Assembly (NCBI GenBank): GCA_030390025.1
Contig: CM059432.1
Location: forward strand, 54,686,001-54,750,000
Origin: Squalus acanthias
Lineage: Eukaryota
Direction: 5' to 3'
Length of the DNA: 64,000 bases
Both the position numbers and the translations under genes were made by a program. The notes beneath the pieces were generated by a model that searched no databases, was not told the origin of the DNA, and saw only the letters and a list, made by a program, of their open reading frames with translations. Shown here one piece after another: positions 61,861-64,000 of this stretch. Position 1 is the stretch's first letter, and the number at the start of each line of letters is the position of its first letter.

Positions 61861-64000
61861 TGCGATATTCCTCCCGGAATATAACACTCTTTCTTTCTCA
61901 TCGTTTATTTGGCCAAAGCCATAACCCACTCATAAACACTCATGCCAAATTAAAAAATCTATTGCGCTGGTTATTGTGCCAGTATTTATCAAGCCACTTT
62001 TAGGATTCTCAAGTCAGGAAAAGCAATAACTCAGACGTGTCACGATGATAAAACTAAACTAAGTAAAGGGAAATAAACAGTGCAAGGTGATTTGTTATAA
62101 GCACAAAGCAGAATAGGGTTAAACTGAAATTTGTTAGCAAATATTAAAGTTTTGGAAATAGGGATTGCATGCATTGATCGGTATTGATTAAATGCATCAG
62201 CGGAATGATCGAGCTGTCCACAGAGACAGGGCTGAAAACTATTAAAGGTGTCACCATGATACAGCATCGAGGGTATAAACGGCAAGCAACGTCAACATAG
62301 TTTGACTTTAATTCCCAAAGTGTCTGTGAATCCAACATTTTAGAACCTGGGGAAGGAAGACCTAACACTAATGTTAGCAGCTCACAGTTTTCCTGTTGGC
62401 AAGACTCGTCTTTTTCTTTAGTGTACCCCAAGTGTTTGCTAGGGTTTCGTGCCTAACTCGTTTTAATATTGTATCAGCCCGTATCTCGGTGTAATCCAGA
62501 GGGAAAATAGTGACAAAGTTGTCTCTGTTTTAGGTCATAAAGGTATCATCCAACATCTGATAATGTCCGAAGAACTTTGGTTCAAAGGTGACAACACCTC
62601 TACCCTCTGTGTGCCCAGTTGTTTAATGCTGTAAAGTTCCACCTTTGAAACATTTAAAAGAATTGCATTGTATTCCCAAAAAAAGGTGACGCTTTTGGGA
62701 CCCATTTAATGGCACTACAACTAGCTCTTTATTTCACTTGTAGATAATAGTGATATAATAAACCAGCTCCTGAATTGCTGTTTTTGGATTACTAAGAACA
62801 TTAGCAAGAGCTGTTAACTCAAACCCTGGAACTTTACTTCCGCAGGATTTCTGCAAATTCAAAAGTGTTGAATGTCAATGAAAATAAGAGAGTTACATAA
62901 AAACAGCAATACAGACTCCTTCATTCTAAATGCTTCTCACCGAGGGCATTTCAAGTGTTGTTCTCTTCGGCTTTCAAGCTGATTTTTCACACAGAGTACA
63001 TTGCAGGAGAGTTCTCTGAAGATGGTCTCTCATAGCTGTACTATTAGCTTCTCAACCATGGGTAGCCTTTCATTTATTTTAGGACACCAGTAAAACCACT
63101 TTAAAAATAAAACTTTCTTTTAGTGATTTGACCTTACATGAAATCAAAACCTGAAGTGGCCGATGTCATTCGGCTGGCTTCTTTGTATCAACCGAAGTCA
63201 AATCGCTCTAAACAGTTACGCATAGCGGAAAAAAGTAATCACAACATGAAACCAGGCACAAAAAGGTTGTTTGTTCACATTTCTTCAAGTTTTTTAGATC
63301 AACAATGTGATTTTAAGCATGTTAAATTATCGAAACGATAACTGTGTTTGGTATACTCGTTCCATACATGAAATACGACACCCACACAGGGCCATGATAT
63401 GTAATTGTAACCAGCACGTTCGTTTGTTTTTAAAAATCGTGTAAAAAGTCAAGCACGTGTTCTTGCACTGCCCTATAAACGAGTATATCTCCGGGCCGGT
63501 CTATAAAATACAACCTTGCACGATTCAGTCACAAAATGCACATCTGAGTTCTCATAAATCCTTTTGCACATTTACTGTATACTGTCAGCGTCTTGAGGGG
63601 CAACGGATGATCATTTAGCATTTCCTGTACACATCCCTAAAGCAATTACGATGTGATTAGTTTTAAATTTGCAACAGCATTCCCACCCCCAGGTCCCGTG
63701 TGCCCGAAAATGCAAAGACGGGATCAGAGCTCCCCCGTGTGGCCAAAGAAGAATTCTGTGAATTGCCTCATGTGTTTTCAGCAAGATGCGGTTGCACTGA
63801 CGGTATAGATTAGTCATTCTTACTGAAAGAACAGAGCACAAACCCTCTCCAGTAAGAATCATTTCTAGTTACAGTACAATACACGATTTCATTCTCCGTG
63901 TATTGTTCATCACTTTCAACAGAAGCCCTCTGTGACTTAATTGACTCAATCGTTTTCTGTGCGGTAACTTGAAAGGATATTTGTCTCCGAAGGACGATGG

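Overview
Eukaryotic (vertebrate) DNA, most likely from a cartilaginous fish; this is inferred from HE1/V-type and SacSINE1-like SINEs and shark-type CR1 LINEs. The right end (about 53.3-64 kb) is a transposon-free, CpG-rich domain holding a complete minus-strand adcyap1 (PACAP) gene. Four coding exons (61249-61149, 58710-58576, 58110-58003, 57470-57290) splice to a 174-aa prepro-PACAP. Its PACAP38 matches the canonical mammalian peptide, but its PRP is strongly diverged. The remaining ~53 kb is intergenic and layered with mobile DNA: many CR1 LINEs (one near full length), a solo LTR, SINEs, a hAT MITE, Penelope-type inverted repeats (one with a hammerhead ribozyme core), and a rich PIF/Harbinger set. 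The Harbinger set includes an apparently intact autonomous element (20423-24585: a DDE transposase plus a 3-exon, 458-aa Myb/SANT gene), a Myb-only deletion derivative, and at least six MITEs, two of which share termini with the autonomous copy. I see no CRISPR, rRNA or true tRNA genes. Nothing here is proven to be a wholly new system. The best leads are the potentially active Harbinger plus its MITEs, the remodelled PRP peptide and the ribozyme-bearing hairpin insertion. All family assignments come from motif recognition by eye, not database searches.
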